Shown here: positions 1 to 11,839 of the stretch, piece after piece
Numbering within the stretch: the stretch's first letter is position 1
Layout: each line of letters begins with the position of its first letter
DNA from: Podarcis filfolensis
Lineage: Eukaryota
Direction: 5' to 3' (one strand)
DNA: 64,000 nucleotides
Assembly: GCA_964270895.1 (NCBI GenBank)
Contig: OZ185448.1
Program-made: the position numbers and the translations under genes
Notes under the pieces: generated by a model
Seen by the model: the letters and a program-made list of their open reading frames with translations, nothing else
Database searches by the model: none
What the model was told of the DNA's origin: nothing

Positions 1-2744
1 GATCATGCAATGACAAAATGACGATATGCCCCACTGCCATGCTGAGATAGGTTCTACACCATGAAGAACGACATTAGAGCTTTTGACCTGATTCCCCAGG
101 AAACTTGGTGGCCAGTTCACACACTCACCTCTTGGAAAGGAATCAAGTGGAATTAAACCTCCATCTGCCTGCCCCATCCACTATTTACCCTCCCATTGCA
201 GGAAGCTGCCATCACTCACTTATTGTCCAAAGGAGGCTTCTTTGCACATTAAACTGAACACAAGTACAAGCCGTCTATACAGATACACAAGTGTTTCTGT
301 GAAAGACTGTATACAGCTCAGCTATCGTACACAAAGACTCCGCATTTGTTGAACGTTGCATGCGAAATATTGTATTGAATATACCACATAACTATTGTGT
401 ACACAGATTGAGTGTAATGTGTGAAGACCCCTAGAAGCTGGTGTAATTGGAGATTGGAGTGTGCCTTGACACTCTAATAGTGTGTGACAGCAGTCTTCTT
501 GTGAGAATAGGGAAGGCCTGTAGGTTTCCTAGCTGTATTACTTGCTGGTGAAGCTGGAAATACTTGATGACAGGCACAATGACAATTGATTTCATATGTA
601 TCATCAAGTAGGTAGCAAGTTAGTCAGCCCCTAGTCTCTCCTACAATACAAACATTTATTGGTTTGGTTGCAAATATCAAATGCACAAATATACGACACT
701 GTATCAAAGTGAAATGTGACTGTGGTTTGCATTAAAAAGGATGAGTTTCATTTGCACACTGTTTTGCTCCATACCCGCAATTTGCTCAATCTATTCTTGG
801 GTGGGGGGTCATTTTGTGGGAGGGAAAACAGTGTAACTTGCAAACTTGGTTTCTTCATACTAAGCTTAATATTTTTTCATATATGCAGAAAAGCTTTGTC
901 CATGTAAGTGAAGGATCAACTGCAATGCTTACTTCATTTTTTGGAGGGTTGTTACGTATCAGCATGTCTCCTTTTATTAAAAAAAACTATTTACATTTCA
1001 TTCACAGTTTGTTATCTATTTGACATGTCTTTATTCTTGTCCTATGCCATGTTATACAACATTTCTGATCTTGACGAACAAGGGAACTATTGGGAGCAAC
1101 CATTATTCTGTGGTTTCATAACCGTGGACTCCCTGATATCAGTATTATTTAACATAACCAGTAACTATGCAACCAGTCTCAATTCCTCTATCCATTTCAT
1201 TAAAAAAAATAAGTTTACAACCTTATACCCCAACAGTAAGTTATAATTTACTTGTGGATTTCTTTAAAACAAAATATTTCTATCTTACGTTGTTGTTTTT
1301 CTAGTTTGTGTACATTTGTAAATGTGTGTGTATTTCCCTAGTTGTTCTAATCGAAAACAATTACGAAATCGTAAGAGCTGACCAAAGGGGAAATAATTCA
1401 CTCTTGTGACCAGATAAATAATAATTCTAGAAAATGTTGCCAACTGAGGGTTAGAATTGGCAATAAAAGATACAAACTCTTTTAAACTAGAATTTTGCTT
1501 AAATGCAGAATTAGTAATTGACTCATGTGTTTTCATTTCTCCCCCCCCCCCCACCTTACAATTTAAAAAGGACCGATATCCACAGGGAATGAATAAACTA
1601 ATTTATTCAGATGCAAAATCCATCTTTCTTTTAGTGGGGAAAAAAAAACATTAGGAAGTTAATAAATCGAATCAACCAGTTTGCAACTAAAACATAGTTT
1701 GAGGTATCCATGTTTGCATAAAGTTTCATATCCTCAAAGTCATATTTGCATAGGTTACTTATTAAAAGTAGTTTTATAATGTCCCCCAGAGAGAAAAGCA
1801 ATTAAAATTTTATAGATTTGCAACTAACCCCCCCAAATCTTTATTCAGCTGGGGACACACACATTTAAAACCAATAAGCTACATAATACTCAAAACGAAC
1901 TAAATCCACTTAAAATACCTATGATTATGCAAAAGACTGATGTTTTGCGATCCTAATTATACATAAATAGGGTATTTGAAAATTTAGCATGCTGGAGATA
2001 CTTTGTCATAAATAATAATTTGGGAGGGAGTGTAACTATTGCACTGTTTCCTGATTCTGCTTGGTTTGAGAAAATTTCATTGTGTTGTTAGCCAGATCCT
2101 CATAAATGAGCTAGACTGTTGTGATGGGAATATTTGTACACACTGACCAGAAGTTACTGTTAAGACACTTCTCATCTCTTTGTCAGAGCTGCCCCTCGAA
2201 TGACACTCAGGTGGAAGGATTATCAGGAAGGGAGGGGAGTAAAGGAAGTGGGCCACTAGATCAGGAGATGAGCCGATTTGGGGGGTTCTAAGGCAGTTTA
2301 TGCTTGTTCAAAGTGGGGGGGCTCAATTTGCTCTGAGAAGTTCAGTTCTGCACATTTTCACATTAGATTGTGAATCATGAACATTTGCCAGCACTTTAGT
2401 GAGATTATTTTCAGATATGCACATTTCTGAACGTTATATTAATCTCTGTATATTATATTCACTGGTATAGTTATTTTCATGCACATTTTACACATATCAG
2501 TACACATATTTTGGCTAGGGGACTGCCTTGAAAGATCTGGCTTTCATGTTGTTTCAAAGGACATGTGGATTAGATAGACTTCTCTTTAAGTGCTACCTGA
2601 CTTGAATTTCTCCTCCATCCCAACCCTGAGCTTTCCACTTCCCCTGATTCTCCCTGAAAATTGATTTAGCTAAGTGTCTTCACCTAAATCTAATTCTAAA
2701 CTTGAGAGTTTCTCCTCAGACAAAACATCAGAGAAATTCCAAGG

Positions 2745-2807
2745 GAATCATGGAATCATAGAATTGGGATCCTGAGGGTCATCTTCTCCAACCCCCTGCA
2801 ATGCAGG
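2745..2807 (-). mobile_element. Short CR1-type 3' tail fragment
   Basis: gaatcatggaatcatagaa tail plus ...ctccaacccctgcaatgcagg CR1 3'UTR motif. Confidence 0.55.
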
Positions 2808-3461
2808 CAAGTCAAAAGAATTTTGACAAAACTAGCTAAAATTAAGTCTCAAGTGATTCTTTGGAGCAATGGTCATTGTTGTGGCAGTCATGTGCACAAT
2901 CATGTCCTTGAGGTCTTCCCCTTCTGCCCATGAAGTCTATGGATTATTTTCCCTCTTGCTGTCCCTTGGTTATGACTGTGAAATTGATCTTTTACTCCCT
3001 TGAAAAGTACATGAAGCTGAAGGAGGAAGTTGGAAGAGTGGCACCCTTTCCCATTTCCTCTTTCAGTTCTATGTGCTTTTTAAGGCTCAGATTAATTCTG
3101 CTGGATTTCACTTTTCCCCAGATCCTTTGGGAAAGTGGCAATCTCTCTCCCTCTCTTGGGGTGGGGGCTGGAGAAGAGAAAGAAGTGACTAGAGGGGGTT
3201 TAATTCATGGCACTCGCTTAAAGATTCACATGTGCCCAGAGGCCTGTAAAAAGGTTGATGATCTGGATGGTCAGCTTCCAAAGAGAACAATAAATCTACT
3301 TTTGCAAAGCAAAAATAGTTGAAGGTTGCTTTAAGATGCTGAATACACTGCTCAGGAAATTCTACTGTTGCTAGCACAGCATATGGAGGCATTGGGGGCC
3401 TTGCACTCAAATGTCCTCAAAAAAAGAGAATAATTTATGGATGAAGCTGAATGGGAAAGCT

Positions 3462-3745
3462 TAAGCATAAGAAGACCCTGCTAAATCAGGCCAATGACCC
3501 GTCTAGTCTAACATCATGTCCTCACAGTGCCCAATCAGATGCCCCATTGGGAAACCCACAAGCAGCACCCGAGCACAACAGCACTCTCCCCCTCCTATGT
3601 TTTCTAGCAACTGGCATTCAGAAGCATTACTGCCTCTGACCATGGAGGCAGAACATAGCAACTGACAGCCTTATCCTCCATGAATTTGTTCAATCCTCCT
3701 TTAAAGCCAACCAAGTTGGTGGCCTTCACTGCCTCTTGTGAAACT
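3462..3745 (-). mobile_element. Old CR1-family 3' end; related fragments at ~18740-18810, 19360-19500, 27080-27150, 47985-48185 and (+) 51500-51680
   Basis: cataagaagaccctgctaaatcaggccaatgacccgtctagtc... motif shared among these diverged copies. Confidence 0.55.
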
Positions 3746-6700
3746 AAGCTTGCTTGCCTGCTTCCTTCCTTTCATATAAATTCTGCTTGATATTTTGCTT
3801 CAGGCAAAGCTCAGTGCCACTGAAGTTTTCCTCCAGACCTAAGCCATTCAAAACACTTTGGAATGGAATATATGGAAGGAACTGGAAGGCTGTGGGAATG
3901 CTCCTGCATTAGGCTGACTCATGTAAAATGGAGAGCTGAATTGTAAAGTCACTGCATTCTAATAAATGCAGACACTTGACCAAACAAGGGCTAACAATTC
4001 TGTCCCGCACTACCATACCCTGAATGCAAATGCCATGGAGGTGTCCCCCAGTCTGTGCATTTTTGCACACACAATTTGGGTGGAGAACTGTATTACAAAC
4101 ATCAAAGGATAGCTATGTTTTGGTCTGTGTTTTGTTTCAGAAAGGTGTAAATTAGGTGGGCTTGCCTTTAAATGTGAACTGAATGGAAATTCTTACTATT
4201 CCTGGTCATATTCTCTGTCTCTTGTGAAACGGATGCTGTCACACCTCTCCAATCCCAAGCATGTTTCAAATCAAACTATGCCATTCCAATTGATCAAAAG
4301 CCTTTTCCAGGAATCCTTCAGAAATATCTTCTTTTCATGCTTCTCCTGAAGAGTAGTCTCTATGCTAGTCTCTATGCTAAATGCCTGATTGAAAAGCAAA
4401 TTGACAATCTGAAAGTAGTGCTTGGAAAAGTCAGGCCCAGGGGCCAAATGCAGCCCTGGAAGCCTCTCTATCTTGTCTTTGGGGTCTCCCCAGGCCATGC
4501 CCCTCACCAGTCCTGCTTCACGCCCTAATTAAGTGTTTTTGCCTGCCTGGCTAGAATGTGTCAATGAACTCTGACAAAGCCTCTTGCTGCCTGGATGTAG
4601 GATAGAAATGAGTACATGAGTATGTGTAGAAACAAGGCTACTACAGAAAGGTAAAATGTACATTCATTGCTCCACCCACTTTTGCCTCTGGTGTCACCAT
4701 AGACATGTAGCCCCCGGCAGATTGTCCAAGAGGGAAGGTGACCCTTGGGCTGGGGGAAAATAAGGTTCCCCACCCCATTCCTAGAGGAAGCACAGATGGC
4801 CTTGCTTGACTTGATTTGTTCAGGACACCAGTGGTGCTCTCTTTGCAATAGCAGGTTCCTAAGGGTGGGGCAGGTTATAATGCACATTTGCAGAAGCCAC
4901 TCTGTGCATGTTCAGGGTGTTCAATTCCTTTATGAATACTGACACCATGCAAACCCTACAATGCTCCTCCGTAGGAAAAAAATGTATTCAAATCCCAGAA
5001 TCAATATTTTCAGAGAGTCAAGTGACAAATTGAAGGTTAACGGGGATTTTCCTTTTCTATTCTTTTTCCTGTTTGGCTCTAAATAACGTCGAGCTACCAT
5101 TTATAGCTTTTGCCCTCAAAGATCCAGTAGCCTTTTCAGCGCTGCAAGCTCACAGAGAAAATACTTTTAGCCGCCACATGCTAATGACACACCTTTGTGG
5201 AAATGAAATGAGGATTGACTGAGTTGCACTCCGTACGATCGGATATTCCAAGTAAGGAACGAAAAGCAAAAAAAAACTCGGAACTCCAGTTGCATACCAG
5301 GCACAAATAGCAGAACTGGAGTGATAAGACTAATCCGTAAGTCAGAGTGGGGGAAAAAAAGGTTAACTTTCTTACCTGTCAGACACAGCATGCCTCAGCC
5401 AGCTCATGCAAATTGATTTTATTCACCAAACATGTGTATGTGTTTCTTCATTACCAGAATAAGCAGCACTTTGAGAAAGCAACTGAGCATGCAGAACATT
5501 TCAACATTCATTCATTGTTCCATATAGATATTTAGGGAACTGAATCCATGAACAGCACTTTAAAGTTATATGATATATACTCTATATGTATGCATATGTA
5601 CCATTTGTTCCACCGTTATGTTTTTAATTTAATGCCACTCCCCACCTTAAAAGGAATGGAAATATAAAATTCATTAACAGTTGCTTCCTTGACAAACTCT
5701 CCCCAGTTAGGTTTCCAGAGGTGCCATTTTCCCTAACAGCTCACAAAGCCTGAACATTTACTGTAAATGAAAATGAGAGTTCTAAGACCTTTTGCAAATC
5801 ATCCAGATATTTTATTCCTTTCCTCTGCTTCTTTGAATATCTATTTGATTTTTAAAGTTCGAACTGTTTTCTCTTTCAATGGAAAGCTGATGTTGTCAAA
5901 GTTAAGGTATTTCTATTCTGTCCGCCATTCTGTGTGATCCGATTTTATTTGAGTTGGATCTCTTTGCTCCCCCAGTGATGTTGGACACAATCAAACTATG
6001 AATAAGCATCCGTATATAAGTTCCACTGACTGCAATGGGAGAGAGTGAAGGCTGGGCTTCACTTACACATTGAGCTCAGTGGGATGGGCAATGAAATGAT
6101 GGGACCAGTGTGACGGGCAATGTTTACTCAGAAGTAAGTCCCACTGAGGTTACTTCTCAGAAGTAAGTCCGACTGCACTTGTGAGATTGTCAGCACTGTC
6201 AAACTCAATGGAACTTACTTCTAAATAAACAGAAACAGAATTGTGCTATTACCATCCTGTTCTATGCATGTTTGCCCAGTAATTAAGTCCCAGATCAACA
6301 GGGACTTGCTTCCAAAATTGGGGTGTGTGTGTGTGTAAGAAAGCACTGTTTCGTTTCTGCTGCTGATCATTTCCCACCAATAACAATAAGCTCTGTATAT
6401 CTTTTGTTTCCATTGGCTTTAATTAGGGTTTAACATGGATTTATCTTTCAAGAAGTAAAGGAACATAAAGCTAAATGTCAGGATGATGCCAGACTTTGGA
6501 GAGCCATGTGCAGTCTCTCCATTCCTTGCGAAGTTCATGGTAAATTTGGTTTAGATGTGACTACGCAGTTATCCAATATCTTATAAGGTGGGCAACTAAC
6601 CTTTCTAGTAATGGCTCTTCATGGATTATAACTATGTAGCCTTATAGACTACAGCTATGCACAGAGCAATAAAACATGAAACCTAAGCAGAGCACAAGGT

Positions 6701-6757
6701 GTCTAAGTAGCACAATTTCCAACTGAGGTATGTATTCAGCAGTAAATTACTTTTTAC

Positions 6758-6822
6758 CTGTCACTGTAGGCAGCTGCGGTTGCTGTGGTAGGCTGGGCAT
6801 ACCGGTACGCAGCATAACCACC
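6758..6822 (-). CDS. RBFOX1: RBFOX1 coding exon, 65 nt (GGYAAYRYAQPTTATAAAYSD)
   Basis: Acceptor ctttgtgttttag|, donor |gtaaaa (non-consensus +5); peptide matches the RBFOX1 C-terminal domain. Confidence 0.96.
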
Positions 6823-7359
6823 CTAAAACACAAAGACACTCTAATCAGATTAGAATTATAGACAGTAACAAATTTAGAGGGGGGGGAGAACCACATACAC
6901 ACAACACCCCAAATAATTAGTAACAATTAGTTTGGCTTATGAGTTTCACAAACAGCTACAGAGAGCTTCAAACAGTGTAATTGTTAATGGCAGTTTCTAA
7001 AACCAGCTTGTACATTAGCTGAATGAGCTGGTGCACATCAGAAGAGGCATAATGAAATATGAATTTACATACAAATCCAGAGCATGTCTGCTCAGAAAGG
7101 TCTCAACGAGATTTACTCCTATTGTAAGTGTGCATGCGAGTCCAGCCTCAGAGTTTTCCCTGAGTTTCATCCTCATAGATAGACTTGCTATGCCTGTAAA
7201 GAAGTTAAGTCTAGCTGAGTTCAGAGGAGCTTACTCCTAGGCAGGTGTGTATTATGTGGTCTTAATCGAAGTGTGTAATTCACAGCTCTTTTTTTAAAAA
7301 GGGGATTAGATAGATTCATGGAGAGAGAGGAGGAAACCATGACTGTTAAACCATGACTG

Positions 7360-7610
7360 TGAATGACTGAAGTCCTCCTCCGAGGGTCTTCTGCTGGTTC
7401 CCTCACTGCGAGAAGCAAAGTTACAGGGAACCAGGCAGAGGGCCTTCTCGGCAGTGGTGCCCTCCCTGTGGAACGCCCTCCCTTCAGATGTCAAGGAGAT
7501 AAAGAATTACACAACTGATTATTATTTGAATATGCTGTAAGCCACCCAGAGTGGCTGGGGAAACCCAGCCAGATGGGCAGGGTATAAATAATAGAATTAT
7601 TATTATTAAT
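7360..7610 (+). mobile_element. L2-like LINE 3' end; further 3' ends at ~8455-8500 (-), 18610-18680, 48775-48840, 58770-58880
   Basis: cagagggccttctcggcagtggtgccctccctgtggaacgccctccc... and tgtaagccacccagagtggctgggg...gggtataaataat tail. Confidence 0.65.
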
Positions 7611-8775
7611 GAAGCCTTCAAGTACAGTTGCAGTTTACCTTTGGTTACCACATGTGGAGAATCAACAGAGGGCAGGGGTGTGGGTGATTGATCATGCCAT
7701 GCACTGATTGGGAGTGCCCAATGCCTGGCATGAATGAAGTTGACTGTTTCCTATAATTGCCAGGTGAACTTAAGGGGAATTAAGTTCCATCTGAAGATAG
7801 AGCTCTGAACAATTTTTAGTTCATCTTCATTGTCATTCCCACACCACACCATGCAAGAAAAGGGTCCAGAAATTTAGCATTCTTTTTTTTTATTTAAGTA
7901 AATCAATTGGTCATTGATAAAGAAAGTCAGAAAGCAAAAGGCTGAGGCAGTGTTCTACGGCTGAATAGGCAGATAGGGAGATGCTACTGCTGCTTAGCCA
8001 CTTCATCACAGTTGCTAAGCAGTAAGAAGGAAGGAATGTGAGGTATTTTCTATATCTTCCCTGATGAAGAGGTCCACTTCTAAGAGGAAGGAGTTGCAGC
8101 AAGAAGTATAGGAACAGGAACTAAGTGAATGACTCCTTGTGACGTTAACATCTGTGTGACTGGCACAAATCACATAGGGCAAGCCTTTCCTAGTAGGGAA
8201 ATAAAATTACTAGCTTCACATGTTGACATTTTATCTGCCAGATATTTTATTACTTGTATGTGGCCCCTGATTTACTTTGGAAGTGCCAAATGGAATCTGG
8301 CTCAACACTTTTAAAAGAGATTGTACAACAGGGTGAACCTTGATCAGATGGCGCAATGCAGTTTCTTAGACAGGAGTTCCAATTCACTTGTGATCATCTG
8401 TGAATACCTCCAATTACATTGCACTGTTGGTTGCAACTTGCTTGTAGCCTTGTTACTATTAGTAGTAGTATACCCCACCCACTCTGGGCGGCTTCCAACA
8501 TATATAAAAACATAATAAAAAATTAAACATACGTAGTTATTGAAAAAGGTTAGCACTGCAGCCTCTACTTTTTATCTCCAAAACAGTTTCTAGGCATCTG
8601 GTTGAGCACCACTTGCACCCAAAATCAATGAAGGCTGGCTGCAAAATTATGTATTTGCCTACTTGGGCATATTTTTTAGGACCCATCTTATTTCTGTGAC
8701 AGTAAGTTGCTTTAAATTGCTTTTAAATATTGAGTTGTTGTAAACTGCCCTGGATCTTGGGGTAAAGGGCAGATT

Positions 8776-8820
<45 letters not shown>

Positions 8821-8832
8821 AACAACAACAAC
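8776..8832. repeat. (AAC)n microsatellite, about 19 units, abutting the CR1 tail
   Basis: Direct read, one AAT interruption. Confidence 0.95.
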
Positions 8833-11402
8833 ATAGAATCATAGAATCATAGAATCATAGAGCTGGAAGAGACCACAAGGGCCATCGAGTCCAACCCCCT
8901 GCCAAGCAGGAAACACCATCAGAGCACTCCTGACATACGGTTGTCAAGCCTCTGCTTAAAGACCTCCAAAGAAGGAGACTCCACCACACTCCTTGGCAGC
9001 AAATTCCACTGTCGAACAGCTCTTACTGTCAGGAAGTTCTTCCTAATGTTTAGGTGGAATCTTCTTTCTTGTAGTTTGGAACCATTGCTCCGTGTCTGCT
9101 TCTCTGGAGCAGCAGAAAACAACCTTTCTCCCTCCTCTATGTGACATCCTTTTATATATTTGAACATGGCTATCATATCACCCCTTAACCTCCTCTTCTC
9201 CAGGCTAAACATGCCCAGCTCCCTTAGCTGTTCCTCATAAGGCATCGTTTCCATGTCTTTGACCATTTTGGTTGCCCTCCTCTGGACACGTTCCAGTTTG
9301 TCAGTGTCCTTCTTGAACTGTGGTGCCCAGAACTGGACACAGTACTCCAGGTGAGGTCTGACCAGAGCAGAATATAGTGGCACTATTACTTCCCTTGATC
9401 TAGATGCTATACTCCTATTGATGCAGCCCAGAATTGCATTGGCCTTTTTAGCTGCCGCGTCACACTGTTGGCTCATGTCAAGTTTGTGGTCAACCAAGAC
9501 TCCTAGATCCTTTTCACATGTACTGCTCTCAAGCCAGGTGTCACCCATCTTGTATTTGTGCCTCTCATTTTTTTTGCCCAAGTGCAATACTTTACATTTC
9601 TCCCTGTTAAAGTTCATCTTGTTTGTTTTGGCCCAGTTCTCTAATCTGTCAAGGTCGTTTTGAAGTGTGATCCTGTCCTCTGGGGTGTTAGCCACCCCTC
9701 CCAGTTTGGTGTCATCTGCAAATTTGATCAGGATGCCCTTGAGTCCATCATCCAAGTCGTTGATAAAGATGTTGAATAAGACCGGGCCCAAGACAGAACC
9801 CTGTGGCACCCCACTAGTCACTCTTCTCCAGGATGAAGAGGAACCATTGATGAGCACCCTTTGGGTTCGGTCAGTCAGCCAGTTACAAATCCACTGAGTG
9901 GTAGCATAGTCAAGACCACATTTTACCAGCTTCTTTACAAGAATACCATGGGGCACCTTGTCAAATGCCTTGCTGAAATCAAGGTAGGCTACATCCACTG
10001 CGTTCCCTTCATCTACCAGGCTTGTAATTCTGTCAAAAAATGAGATCAGGTTAGTCTGACATGACTTATTTTTCAGAAATCCATGCTGACTATTGGTGAT
10101 CACAGCATTCCTTTCTAGGTGCTCACAGACTGTTTGCTTAATGATCTGCTCCAGAATCTTCCCTGGTATTGATGTCAGACTGACTGGGCGGTAATTATTT
10201 GGGTCCTCTCTTTTCCCCTTTTTGAAAATAGGGACAACATTTGCCCTCCTCCAGTCTGCCGGGACTTCGCCTGTTCTCCAGGAATTCTCAAAGATGACTG
10301 CCAGTGGTTCTGAGATCACATCTGCCAGTTCTTTTAATACTCTTGGAGGCAGTTCATCTGGCCCTGGAGACTTGAATACATCTAAACTAGCCAAGTATTC
10401 TTGTACTATCTCCTTACTTATTCTGGGCTGTGTTTCCTCTGCTGAATCATTTGCTCCAAATTCTTCAGGTCGGGCATTGTTTTCTTTATCGGAGAAGACT
10501 GAGGCAAAGAAGGCATTGAGGAGTTCAGCCCTTTCTGTGTCCCCTGTTTGCATTTCACCATCTTCTCCTCTGAGTGACCCCACTGTTTCTTTGTTCTTCC
10601 TTTTGCTACGAACATACCCATAAAAGCCTTTTTTGTTGCTTTTAACCTCTCTAGCAAGCCTGAGTTCATTCTGTGCTTTAGCTTTTCTGACTTTGTGTCT
10701 ACACGTGCTGGCTATTTGTTTGAATTCCTCTTTGGTGGTTTCCCCCCTTTTCCATTTTTTGTACACATCCTTTTTTAATCTTAACTCAGTTAAAAGTTCT
10801 TTAGATAGCCACCCTGGCTTCTTTAGGCACCTTCCATGTTTCCGTCTCATTGGTACTGCCTGAAGTTGTGCTTTTACTATCTCCCTCTTAACAAACTCCC
10901 AGCCATCATGAACTCCCTTTCCTTTTAGTATTACTGTCCATGGGATCTCACCCAGCACTTCCCTAAGTTTTATGAAGTCAGCTTTCTTAAAGTCAAGAAA
11001 TTGAGTCCTAGTATGCTTGGCTGCTCCTTTCCGCTGTATAGTAAACTTCAGAAGAGCATGATCACTCGCGCCTAATGATCCTTCCACTTCTACCCCACTA
11101 ACCAGGTCATCAACATTGGTTAGGACCAGATCTAAAATGGCTGTTCCTCTTGTTGCTTCTCCCACTTTCTGGACAATGAAGTTGTCTGCAAGGCCAGTGA
11201 GGAATCTGTTTGACCTTATGCTCTTGGCTGAGTTTGACATCCAACAAATATCCGGGTAATTGAAGTCCCCCATTACTACTATCTCCCTTCCTTTTGCATG
11301 CTTGGCCATCTGTTCCAGGAAGGCATCATCTATGTCCACCGTTTGGCTTGGGGATCTATAGTAAACTCCCACAATGAGGTCACTGTTATTCTTCTCTCCC
11401 TT
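8833..11402 (-). mobile_element. Young 5'-truncated CR1 LINE: partial APE endonuclease + complete RT, 3'UTR and (ATTCTATG)n tail; same orientation as RBFOX1
   Basis: Uninterrupted frame 11402 to 8919 with [44 protein letters not shown] motifs. Confidence 0.97.
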
Positions 11403-11490
11403 AAGAATAACAGTGACCTCATTGTGGGAGTTTACTATAGATCCCCAAGCCAAATGGAGGACATAGATGATGCCTTCCTGGAACAGATGG
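11306..11490. repeat. Fold-back inverted duplication at the CR1 5' end: 88-bp arms (11306-11393 / 11403-11490), 9-nt spacer
   Basis: Arms are reverse complements with 2 mismatches. Confidence 0.95.
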
Positions 11491-11578
11491 GGAGCTTTTT
11501 CCCTCCAGGCGTCAGGGACTGGCTGGATGATGAGGAATGGTGGGAGGCCCCAGCTGGGGAACCACCAAGAGAACCCCA

Positions 11579-11839
11579 GAAGAAGAAGAGGAAGAAGAAG
11601 AGTTTGGATTTGATATCCCGCTTTATCACTACCCGAAGGAGTCTCAAAGCGGCTAACATTCTCCTTTCCCTTCCTCCCCCACAACAAACACTCTGTGAGG
11701 TGAGTGGGGCTGAGAGACTTCAGAGAAGTGTGACTAGCCCAAGGTCACCCAGCAGCTGCATGTGGAGGAGTGGAGACGCGAACCTGGTTCCCCAGATTAC
11801 AAGACTACTGCTCTTAACCCACTACACCACACTGGCTCT
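11579..11839 (-). mobile_element. Young tRNA-headed CORE SINE, Squam3-like, (CTT)n tail
   Basis: Minus strand begins agagccagtgtggtgtagtggttaagagc (A box), B-box-like ggttcgcgtctcc, ends caaactcttcttcttc. Confidence 0.85.

Noticed and set aside
1040-1095. Loose similarity to the RBFOX1 A53 exon
   Set aside because: No AG/GT borders and poor alignment; by intron scaling A53 probably lies beyond the window start.
2930-3322. 130-aa plus-strand ORF
   Set aside because: No recognisable domain, antisense to RBFOX1, length compatible with chance.
5283-5322. Pre-miRNA
   Set aside because: Stem is about 15 bp over 40 nt, too short for a canonical precursor, and no mature miRNA recognised; kept only as a hairpin.
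6119-6175. Direct repeats ctcagaagtaagtcc as an array; other short tandem duplications at ~4354-4378 and ~16215-16250
   Set aside because: Only two units each; local slippage inside common palindromic squamate repeats or unique DNA. CRISPR is not applicable to a vertebrate intron.
8919-11687. 922-aa ORF as a full-length or novel fusion protein
   Set aside because: The first ~95 codons are SINE tail, filler and the inverted duplication; only 11402-8919 is CR1 ORF2, and it lacks the endonuclease N-terminus.
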